From Octopus vulgaris (Eukaryota): a stretch of DNA of 64,000 nucleotides. Below are positions 39,467-52,800 of the stretch, piece by piece. The translations under genes and the position numbers were made by a program. The notes beneath the pieces are model-generated. The model was not told where the DNA came from and ran no database searches. It saw only the letters and a program-made list of their open reading frames with translations. The first letter of the stretch is position 1. Every line of letters starts with the position of its first letter. The DNA is taken from the NCBI GenBank assembly GCA_951406725.2, contig OX597827.1:69502001-69566000 (forward strand), written 5' to 3'.

Positions 39467-39960
39467 CTTCACCTGTACGCCACCCCCATCCACCTACAAT
39501 AAATAAATAAATAAATAAATAAATAACTGTGCCAAGGTCCCGGACAGCCGCGTTGCTGTGGTTACTTAACATATATATATAAACTGTCTGCTCGTAACAA
39601 ACACAGGAGTTTTAAAAGCATCCGCGCGTCAGGCACGTACGCAGGCATAATAATTAAACCACGGAGGAGCGAGAGAGAGAGAGAGAAACAGAGACAGAGA
39701 GAGAGACAGAGACAGAGAGAGGTAGAACTATTTTTGTATGTACACATGTATATAAATAAAATGGTTTTTTATCAATAATATAAACACTAATCACCAGAAA
39801 TAGGTACACCTGTGGACGTCTGGTGATTGTATGAAGGAGGGAGAGAGAGAGAAAGAGGGGGGGAGGGGAAAGAGATAGATATGACTATTTATATTATGAT
39901 TGTAAACAGTGGCGTATCTTCTGCTTTTGCTTTGCCCGCATTTTCTGTCCGTCAGTTTTC
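39467..39960 (-). promoter_or_regulatory. Candidate promoter / non-coding first exon for YPEL
   Basis: Locally CpG-rich unique sequence (e.g. CCGCGCGTCAGGCACGTACGC) ending in the minus-strand donor GAAG|GTAAAT at 39466. The ATG exon has an acceptor, so an upstream exon is needed. Confidence 0.35.
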
Positions 39961-40205
39961 TTTCTTTTTCTCTATTTCCCTTTATTATATAAGACACACA
40001 CACACACACACACAGAATTTCTGAAGTATTTTAATTATACTCTTTTACTTGTTTCAGTCATTTGACTGTGGCCATGCTGGAGCACCACCTTTTAGTCGAG
40101 CAGGTCGACACCAGGACTTATTCTTTGTAAGCCCAGTACTTATTCTATCGGTCTCTTTTGCCGAGCATCGGGTTGTCAATGTTGGGGGGTACAAACATAG
40201 ACAGA

Positions 40206-40269
<64 letters not shown>

Positions 40270-40317
40270 TTTCTCTATCTCCCTCTGTAGATACATATGT
40301 GTGTCTGTCTGTATGTA

Positions 40318-40357
<40 letters not shown>

Positions 40358-42832
40358 GGTTTGGAGATGATGTACAGGTATTGTATGTGTGTGTATATGT
40401 ATATGTGTACGACGGGCTTCTTTCAATTTCCATTTACCAAATCGGCCAGAGGCTATAGTAGAAGACACTTGCCCAAGGTGCCACGCAGCAGGACTGAACC
40501 CAGAATCATGAGGTTGGTAAGCAAGCTACTTACCACACAGCCACTCCTACGCATACATCATATATACACACAAACAACATACATACAGCTTTTATGCTCA
40601 GATTATATATTTACAGTCATATCAATAATAATTGGTGCATTTGGCTTTTTGCGAGTAAAATGTAAAATGCCTAAGCGACAATCTGGATAAACTGGGGGTT
40701 TTCAGAGAAAGAAATCAACCAGCAAATTCGCACATTTAAAAATCACAATCTCTATGTGGGACAGTAAAATTATATATAAGACTAAAATGTGAATTTGTTT
40801 TAGTTATATCTACAGTCCGACGATGGAGGTTTCTATCTTCGTTAGAAACCAGCACCTCCTCCGTCAGACGAAGAATTCAAATAATTAAAAACAAAAGATA
40901 ACATACATGCATGTATGGCACAGTTAAAATCTGCAAAATGCCCCAGATATTCCTCCATGTGTGTTCCTCATGCTAAACACACGAAAAACATGGTAAAATG
41001 TTCCAGGAACTATCTGCACTGGAAATTTTCTGGTCCAGACCTATGCACAGATCCCTATATATATTTAGGGGTGGCCCCAAAAGCCATAAAGGTATTAATA
41101 CATTTATGCTCTGATGTAAATTTGTGAGGGATTATCAATCCGGGTAAAATACTTCATAAGCTCTCTGTTGGTACACCAGGCTAATAATATTGTTTAGATT
41201 AGCAAAGAATCCCAAGTATTCATGTGGTAGGATCCGAGGTTATAGTTCATCGCCATTCTATTGTATATTGTAAATATGTGGTTGCGCTCCAGTTATACTG
41301 GTTATATAACAAGAAATGGGTCTGACGAAAGACGAAAGAGGCATTAATATTTTTAGGTCGTTCACCTGATCAGTAGACCTATTTCTTTACTACCCACAAG
41401 GGGCTAAACACAGAGGGGACAAACAAGAACAGACAAACGGATTAACTCGATTACATCGACCTCAGTGCGTAACTGGTACTTAGAAAGGTCTACTAGAGAC
41501 GAAAGATTGCCGAATAAACATACCAGTAACGAACCTATTATAATGGCTACGGGTATAGATATATGAAATATATGTACGTTAGATGTGGAATTAAATCACA
41601 TCTGTTAAATTACAAATAGAAAAAAAAATGTAATTAAAACAAATTTATTAAATATTCAGACCCTTTTGTGACATTTGGGCCACCCTGTGTATCTGGAAAT
41701 ATATAGACACACAGAAGAGTGAAGCATAAACACTCACTCGTATACAATAGTGTAAAAAGTGTGATACACACTTATTCACCAGAAATACAAGTGTGCCATG
41801 AGCACTAACAAGCATATATAAACTGACATCGACCAGTTTAAACGATCGTAGAAAGCCCCCAATATCTGTCTTAACTAAAGCAAAAGGGTCTTGCTTCTAG
41901 GTTAGAGGCCAACTCGAATACTACAAGTATATATGTATATATAAATCCCTCTCAAATCTAAAAGAAAACAAACATACATACATACATACATACAGTCAAA
42001 CATCGTAAACCCTCATTGACCACATATGTGGTCCTTCAATTTGGTTGAAGCAGCAGCTAAATTCCATTAGATCACACCCAACCAGTTTAAAAAGAACAAA
42101 AAATGTTAGGGGGCATAGGTTGAATATAAAGAAAAATAAATAAATTCAATGGAGTGGTCACGCATGGAACAGCTTCCACCACAGGTCTGTTCGATCGGGA
42201 ATAGCTTAGGGCTAAACAGCCACAAGATCTATTTTTACAACGGAATTAGTTGATATGCAGGTTTGGGTGGCTGCGACGAGAATACATATACGTATGTATC
42301 TATGTAAAACCATCGTACTAACGTCTAATTTTCCATGCTTGCATTGATGGACCAGACGGGATTCACTGGAGCAGGTTTTCTATGGCCGGATGCCCTTTCT
42401 GCCACCAACTTCCACTTGTTTCCAAGCAAGGTGATATTTCCTCTGGCCGGACATGTTTTTCACGGTGGCGCTCATTTAAAATTACAGCACGATGTCATAC
42501 ATACGACGGGGTCTCATAATAGTTTCCGTCTATCAAATACACTTCTATCGTAGCCTCGGACTGTGGTCATCCCGGGACAATGGCAGAAGAAACTTGCCAA
42601 AGGTGTCACGCAGTGGGTGTGGTGTGCATGTGTATGTACATACATATACTTACACACACATAGACACGTATAAAGACATTTTAGAAGTAAACCCACCTAT
42701 CACCACTAAACATACATACACATAAATATACGTACATATACACACTCAAGTTAAATAGACGCACGGACACACACACAATTAAGATAAAAAGTTGTACAAC
42801 TTAGAATCTACGTAGGATATCTATATCTATCC

Positions 42833-42867
<35 letters not shown>

Positions 42868-43584
42868 CATCTACCTACCTACCTACCTATCAATCTATCA
42901 TCTATCTATCTATCTATCTATCATCTATCAATCAATTTCTATCCATCCATCCATCCACACGCATACACCTCAATTTACTTCGGGCTAAATCCAGGAATTT
43001 TTGGGGTGAAGGTTACAGCTGATACTTATTGATCCGAGTATTGGATTAGTAATTTATTTTATCGACACACGATGAAAAATAAAGCTGCCCTCGGTGGGAT
43101 TTGAACTCAGAATGCAGTTAATAATAAGAATAATGTGATGGTGTAGGGGGTCAAACAAACAACAACACATCTTTGTTCAATGGTAGATCGCCTGGCATGT
43201 TTACGGACGTGGGTTCGTGTCCCACGAGCAGTCATCAACTTTTTCTATTCAATGGGTTTTTAACACTAACTACACACTATTATTTGCAAACTTTATTTGC
43301 TTTGAGATACACCGTCCCTAAAACATTAGTATAATTCTCTAAACCAGTGGTTTTAAATCAGAGTCCACGAAAGACTTTTGAGGGTCCACGCAAAACTGAG
43401 AATCCACAATAGTAATTTAAGGGCTCATGAAAAAAAATGTTACTTCAGATGTATCTATTGCAAGAAAAAGTTAGGTTTCTTTCTCTGGCGTTTTATATAA
43501 TTCACCCTACACAAGTGAATGTGTGAAAAACAAAATAAGATTATTTACATTTGACGGATATTTGTCCTCATCTTGTTTGTTGTT

Positions 43585-43630
43585 AACACAACGTTTCGGC
43601 TGATATACCCTCCAGCCTTCATCAGGTGTC
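43585..43630 (-). ncRNA. Minimal hammerhead motif, same family as 30835
   Basis: Minus strand: GACAC-CTGATGA-A-GGCTG(GAGGGTATAT)CAGCC-GAAAC-GTT-GTGTT. Confidence 0.72.
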
Positions 43631-43843
43631 TTGGGTAAATTTCGAACCTGAGTTCTCATTCTCAAGGTATTTTTCGATGTTGTTGATATTATTATTATTA
43701 TTATTATTATTGCGTAGTGGTTAAGAGCAAGGGCTACTAACCCCAAGATTCCGAGTTCGATTCCTGGCAGTGACCTGAATAATAATAATAATAACAACGA
43801 AAACTACCTTAGGAATGAGAACCCACGTTCGAAATTTCCCCAA

Positions 43844-43889
43844 GACACCTGATGAAGGCTGGAGGGTATATCAGCCGAAACGCTGTGCT
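43844..43889 (+). ncRNA. Minimal hammerhead motif, mutated copy
   Basis: GACAC-CTGATGA-A-GGCTG...CAGCC-GAAAC-GCT-GTGCT. The cleavage-triplet U is lost. Confidence 0.6.
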
Positions 43890-43993
43890 AACAACAAACA
43901 AGATGAGGACAAATATCCATCAACTGTAAACAATGTACATAATTCCTCATCTCTTAAATATAGAACAACAAAATAGGAATTTTGAAAGAAGTG

Positions 43994-44530
43994 CAGTAAT
44001 CTGTCGCCATATCGCGGTTCACCTATCGCGGTTTATTATTTAAGCTTATCTCGATTCCTCTGTAGTGTCGTCTTGCATTCATAATAAAATAAATATATAC
44101 AAATTATGAAAATAATTGAAAAGAATATACAGGCGCAGGAGTGGCTGTGTGGTAAGTAGCTTGCTAACCAGCCACATGGTTCCGGGTTCGGTCCCACTGC
44201 GTGACATCTTGGGCAAGTGTCTTCTGCTGTAGCCCCGGGCCGACCAATGCCTTGTGAGTGGATTTGGTAGACGGAAACTGAAAGAAGCCTGTCGTATATA
44301 TGTATATATATATATGTGTGTGTGTGTTTGTGTGCTGGTGTGTTTACATCCCCCGTCACTTAGCGGTTCGGCAAAAAGAGACCGATAGAATAAGTACTGG
44401 GCTTACAAAGAATAAGTCCCGGGGTCGATGGCCGCAGTCACATGACTGAAACAAGTATACATCGCGGATTTTCACCTATCGCGGTGGTTTGGGTGGGAAT
44501 ATAACACCCGCGATAATCGAGGGATTACTG
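43994..44530. mobile_element. Tigger-like MITE split by a SINE (44130-44456)
   Basis: CAGTAATCTGTCGCCATATCGCGG ... CCGCGATAATCGAGGGATTACTG-TA. Confidence 0.65.
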
Positions 44531-45656
44531 TATATATATATATATATATATATATGGTTAGTTTTTAAACACTGAATGTCTATGGGAGTCAACCACAATT
44601 GAATCAAAAGAGATCATAGGCAAAAAAATGGTTGAAAACCAGATCTAAATTGACACAACAATTGACAATCCTATGGAGTCTCTCTAGTGGTAGGTAGATT
44701 TGTTAGAAATAGCAGCCGAATATCATTTAACCACACCGTATCAAGAATACGCTGAATGCTGAATAACGTAGGGAAAAGACGAGAGAGTCGAGGTTGGAAA
44801 GTCTTTGACCACTAGCCTGCGCTGCTTGGTCGGAGTTGATCTGTGTGATTAAACAACAACAATTCGTGGTGGAATTTCGGACAAATCTCACACTGTATGA
44901 AGAAGGAAAAAGGTTACGGAAGTGTTTTGGGGGAAGGAAGCGGAAAAGGAAGAAGGAACAAAAATGTAAACAAATTAAAATTTTGGGAAATTATTACTAT
45001 TATCATTATTATTATTATCATTATTATTATTATTATCATTATTATTATTATCATTATTATTATTGTTGTTGTTGTTGTTTTCAGAATTGTAATTTCCGTT
45101 GTATGAAAGGTTAAGATTATATAATATTTTCATTATCTTTTTGTATCATTGGACTGCGGCCATGCTGGGGCACGCACCACCCATGAACAGTCTGATCGAA
45201 CAAATTGGACCCCAGTGCTTATAGATATATAAAGTCTGGTACTTATTCTATACGCTTCTTATGCTCAACCGCAGTTAAGGGACGTAAACAAACCGACAAT
45301 GGTTGTCAAGTAGTTAGTGGTGGACAAATACAACCAAACACACACACACACATACATATACAAACACATATATATAAGCACATATACATACACATATACA
45401 TACATACATATATATATACACACACACATATATATATATACATATATATATACACACATATACATATATATATAAACATATACATACACATACATATATA
45501 CACACATACATACATAACACACATATATATATATATACATACACACACACGTATATATATACACACATACACACATATATATATATACACTACACACACA
45601 CACACACATATATATACATACACATATACACACTTATATTTGTATACATAACTTAC

Positions 45657-45919
45657 CTTTTCCCATCGGTTGTTGGACTCGTTAATGCGAAACTGTCCAA
45701 CCCGATTCCTCTCCTCCTCCTCTTCCTCCTCCTACTACTACTATTCCACCACCACCACCACAATAACAACAACAACAATAGCCACCACCACCACCACCAC
45801 CACAGTTTATGGAATTGCGTACGTAATAAAGATATCCATATTGCCTAATCACACACATGCCATTTATCGCCGCAGTTTCTTCAGCGCAGGTCACCTCACC
45901 TCTTCCTCAATTACGTTCC

Positions 45920-45950
<31 letters not shown>

Positions 45951-46746
45951 CCATCATAACAACAACATGTATATGATCCCTTCCCCCCACCGCCGTCGTC
46001 GTCATCGTCATCACCCTGTAACAAATTCTTTTGTTTATTTAATTAAATTTAATTTAATTGCGTATATAAACAAAAAAACTGTGATGACATCAGCAAGTAC
46101 CCGAAAACAAACGATGACGCCGCCGCCGCCGCTGACGACAACAACAATAATAAAAATAACAGCAGATACAGTGATAAAAGAAACAAGGGGACAACAACAA
46201 CAACAACAACAACAATAATAATGATAATAACAGAATTCCAGCGAATTGAACAATGATGAGTTAGAGGTCTTCATTTAATCAACAGCAGCAGCAACAAGAC
46301 GAGTATTTAACTAACCAAAACAAAATAAACCCGCCCCAATCACCAGTAAACACAGACACACACATACATACATACAATATATATATATATATGTGTGTGT
46401 GTGTATATATTATACACACAGACAAGCTGCTTCGATTGCATAATCTCAATTTATAAACATACATAATATACACACATAAAATATACACATACATATGTAT
46501 ATATACATCACCAGTAAACAGACACACGCATTACATACAATATATATATATTATACACACACATAAAATATACACATATAAATATACATAAACATACTTA
46601 CAACATATATTATATATATATATATTATACACACAGACAAGCTGCTTCTATTGCATAATCTCAATTTATAAACATACATAATACACACACACATATAGAA
46701 TATACACATACATATAAATATACACATACAAACTTACAACATATAT

Positions 46747-46795
<49 letters not shown>

Positions 46796-47330
46796 GCGCA
46801 AGCTGCTATCATTGCATAATCTGCATCTATAAACATACATAATACATACACACACATTATATATATACACACACACACATATATACACACATATATATAC
46901 ACACACACATATATACACACATATACATACACACACACACACGATGTAATTTTTCTAGCATGGCCTTAGCCATCCATGATCACTGAACTAAATGGCACGC
47001 TTACACATACACACATACCCATACGCATCACCCCCCTATCGTTCGTGTTATTCGATCTTCCATTATTACGCTTTCTCTCCTCCTGCCATTCCTCTTTCTC
47101 TCCTTTCCTTCTCTCTCCCATCCACCCTCTTCTTCTATTTGCCAACAAACAAGAGGCAACCCGTCGATGCAGGTGAACGAAGGGAGACAACAACGTACAC
47201 TAAGAATACAGTAGAACTCTTTAGTGTTGCAAGAAACAGGTCGCCTTGTCTTAGTGTTGGGCCCACGATGAAAAAAAAAAAGGACCAAAAGGATACCCAA
47301 CCCTAACAAAACGATGAGATCCCTGGCCCG
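45657..47330 (-). promoter_or_regulatory. Second candidate promoter / non-coding first exon
   Basis: Consensus donor AAAG|GTAAGT at 45656. Upstream CpG-retaining, trinucleotide-rich sequence (GACGCCGCCGCCGCCGCTGACG) resembling a 5'UTR. Confidence 0.4.
46340..46860. repeat. Three-copy tandem repeat CAAGCTGCT..ATTGCATAATCT with (TA/CA)n spacers
   Basis: Copies near 46422, 46638 and 46799. Confidence 0.8.
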
Positions 47331-49149
47331 TCTAGAAAGTTAGTTATTCTTAATATGCATTCACTTGGTTCACAACAACACATCTAAATAATACCTATTT
47401 CTTTACTACCCACAAGGGGCTAAACATAGAGTAGACAAACAAGGACAGACAAAGGGATTAAGTCGATTACATCGACCCCAGTGCGTAACTGGTACTTAAT
47501 TTATCGACCTCGAAAGGATGAAAGGCAAAGTCGACCTCACAACGTAATGGCAGACGAAATACCTATTTCTTTACTACCCACAAGGGGCTAAACACAGAGA
47601 GGACAAACAAGGACAGACAAACGGATTAAGTCGATTATATCGACCCCAGTGTGTAACTGGTACTTATTTAATCGACCCCGAAAGGATGAAAGACAAAGTC
47701 GACCTCGGCGGAATTTGAACTCAGAACGTAGCGGCAGACGAAATGCCGTTAAGCATTTCGCCCGGTGTACTAACGCTTCTGCCAGCATAGAAAAATGGAG
47801 TAGGATGATAAATGTTGTTGCTAGTTTCAGTCATTGTACTATGGCCATGCTGGAACACTGCTTTCAAGAGTTTGCTCTATTTTCTGGCTTACAAGTCGAT
47901 GTAGTATAACGTAAGAAATAGTGCAACATTCAAACATTGCCTCTAGCTTTCCGAATCCCGCTGCATTTCACATGGAATTTTTGATTCACCAAAGTCGTTG
48001 TTTTGGTGTATAAGTCGACCTACGTAATTTTTTTGTTTTTGCTGTAAATTTTGGTTAGAAAACTTCAACTTGTATGCTGGTAAACCCAGTTGTCATTCAT
48101 ATCAATCTCAACGTGTATTTCAGTTTGGTATAGAAAAGAGAGTTACTACTGCACTAAGCAAAACAGGGAGAGAACAACGGACCATATATTTGTTACATGA
48201 CTGGTTACTTGGGATGTTGGGGTCATGTCACGCGACTTCTCAAATGATTTACAGCAAATTAGCATCAAGGAACAGAGTTGGTGATCATCGGTTCTGAGAT
48301 GAGGAAGCTGGGAATGACAGCACTGCAAGAGACTAGGATTGTTTGAGATAACATGCTGTGAGAGAAGAGCCAAGGTACCACTAGCAAGACTGTGATGCCA
48401 AAGTCCAAGGACCATGTGAAGGAAGCTGATGTGGGAGTGGGTTGAACCCACTGGAACAGGTTTTACACTGGCTAGCTTGCTCTGTCTGTCTGTCACGAAA
48501 GAGCTGGACTAGCTCCGTTAAAGGATGCATTCAACAAAGCCATCCTCCTCCTCATTGTTTAACGTCCGTTTTCCGTGATAGCACGGGTTGGACGGCTCGA
48601 CCGGGGTTTGGGAAGCTAGGAGGCTGCACCAGGCTCCAGTCTGATCTGGCAATATTTCTACAGCTGGATGCCCTTCCTAACGCCAACCACTCCGTGAGTG
48701 TAGTGGGTGCTTTTTACGTGCCACTGGCACAGGTGCCAGGGGAGGCTGACAGCGGCCACGATTGGTCGGTGCTTTTTACGTGCTTTCACAGTAAAACACG
48801 AGAGAGAAAGAGCATCACCACAGAAACAAGAGCTACTGATCCATCTTCTTGAGCTAATCTGCCAGTATTTGAATTAGGGATCATTTCCCAAGGACATGCA
48901 GATGCAAATAGCACGACATTGCACAGGGGAGAGTGCAGTGATGGTAATAATTACAGATGCAGAACATGTTTACTCCTGAGATCCTGTGTAGCTTCTCAGG
49001 TGTGAGATTTGCGATTGGCATGATCTCTTTCAGGCTGCAGGACAAATGTTGCCTTCATCAACCTAATCACGGCCATTGATTTAAAGAGTAAAAGGTACTT
49101 CTTTACACTTCTGTGGGAAGTCAGATATTGACTAAAGCTGCTGAAAACC

Positions 49150-49875
49150 ACATCTGCTTACCACAATAGCAAACAGGGGGCAGTGTAAGTTGATGGATTA
49201 TCCTTAGTGTCATTCCGCATCCAAAAATGGATTAAAGCAGGGATGCCTTGTACTCGCTATGTTTTCACAACACTTGACAATGGAGTGTACCCAGAAACTC
49301 TTGTACATTTCAGAGCAAGAACCAAAGTGTATCAGGTCCTAAGAAGGGCAACACCCTCTGTTAATGAAGTTACTTGACAACCCATGTACAGTTCAGTCTC
49401 CAGAAGCAGGTCAGACATGGATCAGGGTGTCAGAGAAGACCCCAGAATCACTACTGAGGTTCACACTCAACTAAATGATGAACAAATTCCCTCCAAATCT
49501 GTCCTTCAAACCAGTGTCAGCAACAAGCAGATAGGGGAAGCTGTTGCTATCACTGCCATGGACAAGTTTTCTAAGAAAATATAAGGAATACATGCTCACC
49601 ATAGACACTGAAATTTCAATGCACAAGGCTTGCATAGTGAATGCTCAGCTCCAAAGCAGAAAGGGCTGCACAAAGATATAGCTTCAACCTGCAGGGTCTG
49701 CATCAGATTTCTGGTATTTGCAGGGAGGAACATATCAAAACAAGGAAGCAGTGGACCAGGCTACAATGACAAGCGTGTATACCCTACTCTTGCAGCAATG
49801 ACTTTTTATAGTATGGGCCATGTCTGTTGCGTTCAGGATGGCTTCATTGCCAAGAATGTCTTGAACACTGCTGAA
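49150..49875 (+). mobile_element. Heavily degraded LINE (RTE-like) remnant
   Basis: NGLKQGC motif at ~49228 resembles the RT GV(K/R)QG motif. Otherwise decayed. Confidence 0.35.
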
Positions 49876-52800
49876 ATCTATCATCATCATCATCGTTAAC
49901 GTCCGCTTTCCATGCTAACATGGGTTGGACGATTTGATTGAGGACTGGCGAACCAGATGGCTGCACCAGGCTCCAATCTGATCTGGCAGAGTTTCTACAG
50001 CTTGATGCCCTTCCTAGCACCAACCACTCCGAGTGTAGTGGGTGCTTTTACGTGCCACTGGCACGAGGGCCAGTCTGGCAGTACTGGCAACGGCCAAGCT
50101 CAAATGGTGTTTTTTATGTGCCACCTGCACAGGAGTCAGGAGTCACTGACAACGACCTCGCTCAAATGTTTTGTTTACATGCCTCCAGCACAAGTGCCAG
50201 TAAGGCGACGCTGGTAACGATTATGCTCAACTGGTGCTTTTAACATGCCACCGGCACGGAAGCCAGACAGTTGCTCTGGCAGTGGTAGACATATATTCTT
50301 TTTATTCTTTTATTTGTTTCATGCATTTGATTGCAGCCATGCTGGAGCACCACATTGGAAGGTTTTAGTTGAACAAATTGACACCAGGACTTATTTCTGA
50401 AGCCTAGTACTCATTCTATCAGTCACTTTTGCCAAAGCGCTAAGTTACGGGGACATAAACACACCAACACTGGTAAAGGAGTAAGAAGAAAAGCTGGGGT
50501 ATTGATTACCCAGTGCAGCCAGTACCTTCCGGATTAACAACTGTGCCAAGGACTGCCATTCACGGATTGGCTTGTTCAGACCTCAATCTGGTGCATTCAT
50601 TGTTTACAGACAGATGGAGCAATGCTGCTGCACCACCACCACCACCACCACCACCACCATTCAATATCCATAAAACAACATTCAAGTATGGTCGTTGCCA
50701 GTGCTGCTGGACTGGCTCCCATGCAGGTAGCATGTAATAAACACCTTTTGAGCGTGGTTGTTGCCAGAACCGTTTGACTGGCTCTCGTGCCAGTGGCAAG
50801 TAAAAGCACCCACTACACACTCTCGGAGTGGTTGGCGTTAGGAAGGGCATCCAGATCAGATTGAGCGTGGTGCAGCCTCTGGCTCACCAGTCCTAAGTCA
50901 AACCATCCAACCCATGCCAGCATGGAAAACAGACATTAAACGATGATGATGGTGGTTCTATGGTTGCATGGGCTGGATGGTTTGATAAGGATCCAATTAG
51001 TCAAAGGACTACATCATACTCCAGGGTCTGCTTCAGCTTAGTTTCCACAGCTGGATATCCTTCCTAAAGTCAACCACTTTACAATGTGAACCGAATGCTT
51101 CTTTTTATGTACCATCAGCACTAGTGAGGTCACCATTTAACTTACAAGTTAACATATGTATCCCTATATCGACCATACTGTCAGATGTTATACACTACTG
51201 GTTACAATGCGCTTCCTTGCATTGTTGTAGCTTTCAAACAATGCCACCTCTGCTCGTTACATGGGAAGGCCAGCATTCTCCCTAAACAGAATGCAAGTCT
51301 ACCGCAGTGTGACCCATTTGGAACTGAGTGGACAGGAACAATGTGAAATGGATTGACTTGCTCAAGACCACAATGCATCACACATACACAAATATAAATT
51401 TATATATACATATAAACATAATACTAGTGTGTGCATGTGCTTATACATACATATATACATATATATATACATGTTGAGCTGTCCAACCCCTGCTAGCATG
51501 GAAAGTAGAACACAAAGCACTGCCCAATCTAGGAATCGAAACCACAATCTTACAATCACGAGTGCAACACCCAAACCATATATATATATGTAGGCTTTTT
51601 GCAAACAACTTGCAGATGCAAGTGCTACCAGTTAAAAATTCTGCATGCTAGACACTAGCAAGCTTATGGGGTCATCAGGAGAGACTACACACCATTTCAG
51701 GACCTTCCTTCACAGGAGTATTTGTACACCAGACCCCACTCACTGAGATGAAGTTCTGTTTGCTAAATCGACTGGTAACTAGACTTCACTCAAAATTCTT
51801 CAAGCCAATGCTTATCATTTCCTTTTAATCAAATCCAGTGGCTTGCCTTCTCCATAGTAGCCTGGATGGTATGTATGTATAGGCATTATATATATTTAGT
51901 TCCAGGCTAACCAAACCCTTGTGAGTGGGTTTGGTGGATGGAAATTTATATTTTCCATGTCAACAAGGCGTCGAGCTAGCAAAAACGTTAGCACGCTGGG
52001 CGGAATGCTTAGCGGTATTTTGTCTGCTGTTACGTTCTGAGTTCAAATTCCACCGAGGTCGACTTTGCCTTTCATCCTTTCGGGGTTGATATAATCGGCT
52101 TAATCCGTTTGTCTGTCCTTGTTTGTCCTCTCTATGTTTAGCCCCTTGTGGGTAATAAAGAAATAGGTATTTTGTCTACCGTTACGTTCTGAGTTCAAAT
52201 TCCGCTGAGGTCGACTTTGCCTTTCATCCTTTTGGGGTCGATAAATTAAGTACCAGTTACGCACTGGGTTGATCTAATCGACTTAATCCCTTTGTCTGTC
52301 CTTGTTTGTCCCCTCTGTGTGTAGCCCCTTGCAGGCAATAAAGAAATAAGGAAATTTATATTTTCCATATCTTGTAAATTTGCTCACTGGTTGTAAATAA
52401 TGGCTTTGTTGATTGTATCATTTCTCTGCAGTCCTCTGCAAAAGGATATCTGGCTTTACCCCTCATATAATGTTCGTTCCCAGGTTTTCAGCATAAACAT
52501 GCCCAGGCTCTTTGTTGGTCCACAGATAACTTAACTTGGACACAAGCTAGAGTTGGTGACTTGAAAGGCATCTGGTCCTGCCACAGCATACTCTTGTCTG
52601 ACCAATATATATCATTATCATCATTACAAGTCATAGTTCCATGCTGGCATGGATTGGACAGTTTGACGCATGGATTTGACAGTTTGACAAGGATCCAATG
52701 AGTCAAGGACTGCATCATACTCCAGCATCTGCTTTGGCATGATTTGTATGATTGGATGCCCTTTCTAAAGCCTTCCTAAAATAGACATTAAAATGATGAC

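Larger units (their letters stand above)
43345..44642. mobile_element. hAT/Charlie-like MITE hosting nested insertions
   Basis: CAGTGGTTTT...TTGAAAACCAG ends with an 8-bp TSD-like CTCTAAAC/ATCTAAAT. Confidence 0.55.

Noticed and set aside
40815-40872. Branched hairpin beginning CTGACGGA on the minus strand, as a possible hammerhead
   Set aside because: No GAAA/NUH in the required position after the stem
41318-41345. CTGACGAAAGACGAAAG hammerhead-like words
   Set aside because: No helix II between the boxes and no closing helices
45670-46218. 182-aa ORF with poly-S/T/H/Q
   Set aside because: Trinucleotide microsatellites, non-ATG start and no domain. More likely the antisense of a 5'UTR
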